This document shows, in pieces, positions 27,055-32,000 of a stretch of 32,000 bases of DNA (its first letter is position 1; each line of letters begins with the position of its first letter). Source of the stretch: Cuniculiplasma divulgatum (GTDB lineage Archaea; Thermoplasmatota; Thermoplasmata; Thermoplasmatales; Thermoplasmataceae); the NCBI RefSeq assembly GCF_900083515.1, contig NZ_LT671858.1, positions 240,001 to 272,000 of the forward strand. The letters are read 5' to 3'. The notes beneath the pieces are model-generated. The model was given only the letters and a program-made list of their open reading frames with translations. It was not told where the DNA came from and made no database searches. Made by a program: the position numbers and the translations under genes.

Positions 27055-28362
27055 ATGAATTTTTCTTTTCGACAACTCACTTTTCAGTCTTTTGGCTCAG
27101 TAGGTCCCGCACTTAACTTTGTAGCTCTCCTGCCTTTGATTGCCTATTTCTCAGGTACCATGATGACTCTTGTTGTGGTAATTGCTTTCCTTATCAGCTT
27201 CATTAGTTTCATGCCAATCATTTTCTTCTCCTCAAGAATTTCTGATGGGTCAGGATATTCAGCATATGCAATGTATTCTCTTGGATTAAGAGTTGCAATC
27301 TTTACAGGACTGGTTTATATTATGTACTCCTTTCTTGTTATTCCCAACATAATTATGTTTTCGTCATTCTTTGTGCAATCATTTATAATTTCGGTGAATA
27401 AGATCTTTTTGGATCTCATATTTGCAGCAATCCTTCTACTTCTTCTCGCATTTCCATTATTAAAAAGAAGAAATCTCGCAATTTCCGTTATAACTGCAAT
27501 TGGAATGATTGAAATTCTTGGAATTCTTGTCTTAAGTATAGCGATGATTATTATGAGGAGTCATTCTGCTGTTTCCACAGTTTCCACATCTGTCTTTTCA
27601 GGGAATTTCTGGGAGGGAGTTTTAATTGGAGTTCTTATGTTTTCCGGCAGTGGGAGTGGTATATTTCTTTTTAACAGATCAGGTGTTCCATCATCAAGAT
27701 TAAATCGAACACTGATAGTTTCATACATTATCACAGGAATTATCATGATATTTGCTGCCTATGCATTAACCGTGTTTCTTGGAAGTAATATCAACTCCTA
27801 TTCATTAAACCCCGTTATTTTGCTCAAAATTCTCGGATCAGATATGGGATCAATAGTTCCACTTCTACTGTTAGCCTTACTATTGTTGAGTTCTTATAAC
27901 TTAATGCTGTCTTATTCACACGCATTGATGAATATGTATGAAAATTTTCAGGGCAGGATCCTGAGGAAGATAAAGTATGTTAAATCAGGAAAATTCATCA
28001 CAATTTTACTTGCAGTGGATGTATCAATCATATTAATTTCAAGATCCACTATTGGTTTTTATAATGCATTCGTAGTGATTGCAGAGGTCGTTAGTCTTTC
28101 ATATGTTATTGTGCACCTTATTGTGGGCATTTCTTTATTTAATTCGAGTAAATTTAGCAGAGGAATAAGATCGGTTGGACTTTTGTCTGTTACTCTTTTA
28201 TTTATTGCCATGATAGGTTCCCTCATTAATAGTTCCAGTTTATTTTACCTGACTATTCTATCGTTTATCGTTATAATACTAATTTCAATATTCGGCACAA
28301 TCCACATTTCGAAAGATTGTGCCATGGAGGATAAGGTGATTGAAAATACTATTTCATCTTGA
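27055..28362 (+). CDS. Polytopic membrane transporter, APC-superfamily amino-acid-permease-like
   Basis: The 435-aa ORF has about 11-12 TM helices. Its N-terminal FGSVGPALNF and SDGSGYSAYA resemble the APC motifs (..GP.. and ..GG.Y.Y). Confidence 0.55.
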   Translation: MNFSFRQLTFQSFGSVGPALNFVALLPLIAYFSGTMMTLVVVIAFLISFISFMPIIFFSSRISDGSGYSAYAMYSLGLRVAIFTGLVYIMYSFLVIPNIIMFSSFFVQSFIISVNKIFLDLIFAAILLLLLAFPLLKRRNLAISVITAIGMIEILGILVLSIAMIIMRSHSAVSTVSTSVFSGNFWEGVLIGVLMFSGSGSGIFLFNRSGVPSSRLNRTLIVSYIITGIIMIFAAYALTVFLGSNINSYSLNPVILLKILGSDMGSIVPLLLLALLLLSSYNLMLSYSHALMNMYENFQGRILRKIKYVKSGKFITILLAVDVSIILISRSTIGFYNAFVVIAEVVSLSYVIVHLIVGISLFNSSKFSRGIRSVGLLSVTLLFIAMIGSLINSSSLFYLTILSFIVIILISIFGTIHISKDCAMEDKVIENTISS

Positions 28363-29617
28363 TTGTACCACCTGAAGGACTTCCTGGAATTTTCTGTCTG
28401 TATAATATGGAAAAGAGACCCAGGGGTGTTCTCCCCTTTTTCTCAGGTTCCTTGAGTTTCAGGAACAGAAATGATGAAGAAAACCTTCCGGCAAACACTA
28501 TCATGTATGAGAATTCCAGAGCTTTTACAAGTGGAAAGACAGAGAGTGCATATTGAAGAAGATAACCACCGACGAGTGCGCCCATTAAATACACCAGTCC
28601 ATTGAAACCATTAATTATTGATATGTATTCTGCCCTTCTTGTCGTCGGAATAATATCAAGGAGATATGAATTCATAACAATATTCTGTAAAGCCCCGAGA
28701 AAACCGCTATATGATTCAAGGAGTACAAATAGTAGAAAAGAATGGAAAAACGCATAAAATACCGGGATCAGGCTCAACATAACCCTGTTGACGAAGATTA
28801 GGGGCGGTCTCTGGGTTTTATCAGTTACCCTTCCAAGTAGCGTCTGAATTACTATGGTAACTGATAGGGATACTATGGTGAGTATGGCTACTACTCTAAG
28901 TCCAAAACCCATAACGGAAACTATTGTAATTGGAAACATAGGCCAGGCCATCGACCAGAAAAACCCCTGAATATTGGTTGCCCTGAAATATGGGAAAAAG
29001 TTATCATCATATCTAATCTTTCTTATGGTCGCAAGAAGTGAACCCTCAAATCTTGCCCTGTGATTGGTCTCTTTCAGAGAAACCAGTAGAACACTGGAAA
29101 TAAGGTATGTTGCCGAAGACAGAAAGAATGGCAGCATTATGTTTGACTGGAGATCGCCTCCAAATAGGAAAACCATTACAATCAGAGAAATTATGGTTCC
29201 TGCAGATGAAATGTTGTTTATGAAAGTCAAAAACTTACCCCTCACGCTTGAATCTGACAAATCTGCAATGAGAGAGAACCAGTTAACCGTAATCATAGAA
29301 CCAAAAAGTGAAATCAGGGAATAAATTACTATTAAATTTACAGGATCGGATGCATAAGGCATCATTGCCCAGAGCGAGGCAAGAATGATACTTCCAATTA
29401 TTAGGAATATTCTTCTGGATCCAGTTCTATCACTTATCTTACCCCAGAGAATCTGCCCTCCATTTGATATTGCGTTTGCAGAGGACTGAAGCCATCCCAT
29501 CTCACTAGCACTTGCACCAATAAGAACAGCGTAAATTCCAACAAAGGTAGATGCTGCAGTTGCACCTACAGAAGACAAAAAAGATCTTATTCCGATAATT
29601 GATTTATTACTTGGCAA
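28349..29617 (-). CDS. MFS transporter
   Basis: The 422-aa ORF has about 12 TM helices. GKISDRTGSRRIF matches the MFS loop 2-3 motif G-x-x-x-D-R-x-G-R-R. The start is TTG and the gene overlaps the convergent permease by 14 nt. Confidence 0.8.
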   Translation of the reverse strand: MPSNKSIIGIRSFLSSVGATAASTFVGIYAVLIGASASEMGWLQSSANAISNGGQILWGKISDRTGSRRIFLIIGSIILASLWAMMPYASDPVNLIVIYSLISLFGSMITVNWFSLIADLSDSSVRGKFLTFINNISSAGTIISLIVMVFLFGGDLQSNIMLPFFLSSATYLISSVLLVSLKETNHRARFEGSLLATIRKIRYDDNFFPYFRATNIQGFFWSMAWPMFPITIVSVMGFGLRVVAILTIVSLSVTIVIQTLLGRVTDKTQRPPLIFVNRVMLSLIPVFYAFFHSFLLFVLLESYSGFLGALQNIVMNSYLLDIIPTTRRAEYISIINGFNGLVYLMGALVGGYLLQYALSVFPLVKALEFSYMIVFAGRFSSSFLFLKLKEPEKKGRTPLGLFSILYRQKIPGSPSGGTIKMK

Positions 29618-29935
29618 TTTGTGTTCTGTGTGATTAAACTCTAAAAGATAAATATATCTCTTTTATGTTTTTTAAATATCAATATATCCATAGATTTACT
29701 AACATTGTCATTCATAAGGATAAATTTTCCCGTAAGTAAAAGTGTTATTGTTCTTTAATATCATGTCATTCTCAGTACAAAAGCAAAAAGATTAGAAATA
29801 ATATGCAGTCAAAGTTATATGTAAATAGCTGTGTCATCCAGAATAGTGCAATAGAGACAATAGCATTTATATGCATATTTCTATTACCCTACTACTCAAT
29901 CAGGTTCAAAATTTGAATTAAACTAGGGTGATATA

Positions 29936-30364
29936 TTGGCGAATGGAGAAAATGCAGGATCAAAATTAAGCAGTGACAGGGAAAAATTCCGATGGTCTAA
30001 CAGTAAGTATAAAAGAAGAGTATTGGAATTAAAAAAGAAGAGCGATCCACTTGAAGGATCACCACAGGCCAGAGGAATCGTAATAGAAAAAATAGGAATT
30101 GAAGCCAAACAACCAAACTCGGCAATTAGGAAATGTGTTAAGGTTCAGCTTATAAAAAATGGCAGGCAGGTTACTGCATTTGCCCCTGGAGATGGTGCTA
30201 TCAACTATATAGATGAGCACGATGAAGTTCTGGTGGAAGGAATTGGCGGAAGTAAGGGTAGAAGTAAGGGAGATATACCAGGAGTCAGATATAAGGTCGT
30301 TGGAGTTAATGGAATTTCCTTATCTGAGTTAGTAAGGGGAAGAAAGGAGAAGACGGTGAGATAA
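29936..30364 (+). CDS. rps12: 30S ribosomal protein S12 (uS12)
   Basis: The 142-aa ORF has [30 protein letters not shown] and [11 protein letters not shown]. It has a TTG start, with GGTGAT 5 nt upstream acting as the SD, and no in-frame ATG nearby. Confidence 0.96.
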   Translation: MANGENAGSKLSSDREKFRWSNSKYKRRVLELKKKSDPLEGSPQARGIVIEKIGIEAKQPNSAIRKCVKVQLIKNGRQVTAFAPGDGAINYIDEHDEVLVEGIGGSKGRSKGDIPGVRYKVVGVNGISLSELVRGRKEKTVR

Positions 30365-30927
30365 TGGATCTTAAAATTTTTGGAAAATATGATGTAAATG
30401 GAATCGAGGTTCACGATTTGGGCCTATCAAAATATATTAATCTAAATTCATACATGAACCTGCACACAGGGGGAAGATTTTCAAACTATTCGGCTGGAAA
30501 GAAAAATGTTAACACTGTAGAAAGGTTAATAAATAAACTTATGAGAACAGAAAAGTGGACCGGTAAGAAATATGGCGCATACAGGATTCTGAGAGATGCA
30601 TTCGAAATTATCGAAGAGAAAACCAAGCAAAACCCTCTCCAGCTGCTAATCAATGCAATTGAGAATGCTGCTCCAAGAGAAGAGGTAACAAGGCTAAAAT
30701 ACGGGGGCATTGCTGTTCCTAAGGCTGTCGATGTTGCTCCATCTAGAAGAGTGGATGAAGCCCTAAGGAATATTGCCATTGGATCAACCGATGCTTCATA
30801 TAAAAACAAGAAATCCATTGAAGCATGTCTCGCAGATGAGATAATACTGGCATCCAAGAATGACCAGAATTCACATGCAGTAGCCAAGAAAGAGGAAGTG
30901 GAAAGAATTGCAGCATCTGCAAGATGA
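30364..30927 (+). CDS. rps7: 30S ribosomal protein S7 (uS7)
   Basis: The 187-aa ORF follows S12 with a 1-nt TAATG overlap. [42 protein letters not shown] is typical of archaeal S7. Confidence 0.95.
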   Translation: MDLKIFGKYDVNGIEVHDLGLSKYINLNSYMNLHTGGRFSNYSAGKKNVNTVERLINKLMRTEKWTGKKYGAYRILRDAFEIIEEKTKQNPLQLLINAIENAAPREEVTRLKYGGIAVPKAVDVAPSRRVDEALRNIAIGSTDASYKNKKSIEACLADEIILASKNDQNSHAVAKKEEVERIAASAR

Positions 30928-30994
30928 TTCTAAAATTTACTAACAACATTTTTAACAACCTACTGTTTAAATATAATCTCTTTATAATGCGTCC

Positions 30995-31462
30995 ATGAAA
31001 AACAAACTCGTTATGGGAATATTCAGTCTCTTGTTTGGAGGTTTTATTTTAATTTCCCTTATAATACCATGGTGGAACGAGTCATTTAATGTTTTTGGAT
31101 TGTCTGGGGTGTTCTATCCCCTTTCTATACCAACTCTGCCTAAGAGTGATCCCGTATACCTTTCATACATTACCGGCATTCTGATTCTTATCTCAGGAAT
31201 TACTGCAATAGCTTTTGGCATTATTATGATATTAAAAAAGAAAGGTAGAAACTCAAACTTAGGGTCTATTGTAGCATCAATTATTGGTATTATGGGATTC
31301 ATTTTTTACATAATATTCATCTATAAGATCTCCCCTGATGTGAATGGTAATATATTTTATTACAGTAATTTTGTTGAGTCCTATAGAATTCAGGCTGGAT
31401 TTTACATAGAGGCACTTTCATCAGTAATTCTGTTTATATCTGGGCTTATAGCAATGTCTTAA
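30995..31462 (+). CDS. Hypothetical integral membrane protein (about 4 TM)
   Basis: The 155-aa hydrophobic ORF sits after S7, where EF-2 lies in many archaeal str clusters. Confidence 0.5.
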   Translation: MKNKLVMGIFSLLFGGFILISLIIPWWNESFNVFGLSGVFYPLSIPTLPKSDPVYLSYITGILILISGITAIAFGIIMILKKKGRNSNLGSIVASIIGIMGFIFYIIFIYKISPDVNGNIFYYSNFVESYRIQAGFYIEALSSVILFISGLIAMS

Positions 31463-31670
31463 TTTTAACACCAATAAAATGCCTCATTTTACATATTTAT
31501 GGAGACACTACCAAAATTGTTCATCTATTTTATACTCAGTATTCTTACAGGAACAGAGACTTAAAACTGATATGAATGTAGAAACAATATGCATCAATAG
31601 AATAACAATATAACAATTTTTTATCTCATTTAGCGAACTAAAAAAAAAATAGGTTTAGTTAAAATCACTT

Positions 31671-32000
31671 TCAGTAAAACTGAAGTGCAACAGCCGTTAT
31701 TGTTATGGCAATCATAAGCCCGAGTGTAATATAGGAAAGCATGTGTGACCATTTTCTCAGTCTTCTCAGCTCATCCATTCTGCCCTCTCTTGCCATCTTC
31801 ATTATCCTTTTACCATGGTAAAGATTGTTTCCATACATTATGAGAATCATTGCACCTACCAGTACAATTTTCACAAGGAGAATATTTCCTCCCTGCGTAT
31901 TGAAAAGTGCAAAGAAATTATAATTAAGGTACCATGTCGCATTATATATGCCGGTTAAAATCAGTATTATAAGAAAAACGTTAGTAATCCAGGCAAACTG
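31671..32000 (-). CDS. Hypothetical membrane protein, C-terminal part (the 5' end lies beyond the window)
   Basis: The track lists 31671..31874 from a GTG. My translation shows the frame stays open upstream to the window end (...QFAWITNVFLIILILTGIYNATWYLNYNFFALFNTQGGNILL-VKIVLVG...), so the gene is truncated by the window. Confidence 0.55.
   Translation of the reverse strand, partial: QFAWITNVFLIILILTGIYNATWYLNYNFFALFNTQGGNILLVKIVLVGAMILIMYGNNLYHGKRIMKMAREGRMDELRRLRKWSHMLSYITLGLMIAITITAVALQFY

Noticed and set aside
1-32000. CRISPR arrays, rRNA genes, tRNA introns, and frameshifted or split housekeeping genes
   Set aside because: I saw no regularly spaced direct repeats and no rRNA-like conserved blocks. 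Both tRNAs fold without introns. All recognised genes read through uninterrupted.

Overview
The window looks like a low-GC archaeal chromosome segment of the Thermoplasmatales type. The proteasome alpha N-terminus closely matches what I recall of the Thermoplasma acidophilum protein. GGTGA-type Shine-Dalgarno sites and TAATG/ATGA coupled genes are present. Most of the window is housekeeping. It holds a tightly coupled lipA-E1alpha-E1beta-E2 2-oxoacid dehydrogenase operon on the minus strand (E2 runs off the 5' edge), tRNA-Ile(GAU), an S9 prolyl oligopeptidase, a hemerythrin-like protein, a Zn-ADH/MDR oxidoreductase, ribulose-phosphate 3-epimerase, an ABC1/UbiB kinase and a GT2 glycosyltransferase. 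It also holds an RNase P RNA that the ORF track hides under spurious ORFs, a 604-aa sequon-rich anchored surface protein, an nre-tatD-gins51 replication/repair cluster, proteasome alpha and a CoA-binding protein whose 3' end reads into tRNA-Ser(CGA). The 3' part carries a two-subunit 2-oxoacid:ferredoxin oxidoreductase, two transporters and ribosomal proteins S12 and S7. The only clearly accessory-looking stretch is the roughly 2.7 kb AT-rich, half-noncoding segment right after tRNA-Ser (21664-24400). It carries three orphan genes, including a tightly linked RHH-like small protein plus 4-TM membrane protein cassette preceded by a perfect 10-bp tandem repeat. That cassette is my best candidate for an undescribed toxin-antitoxin, exclusion or regulatory module, but the call is inference only. 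I found no CRISPR array, integrase, transposase or rRNA.
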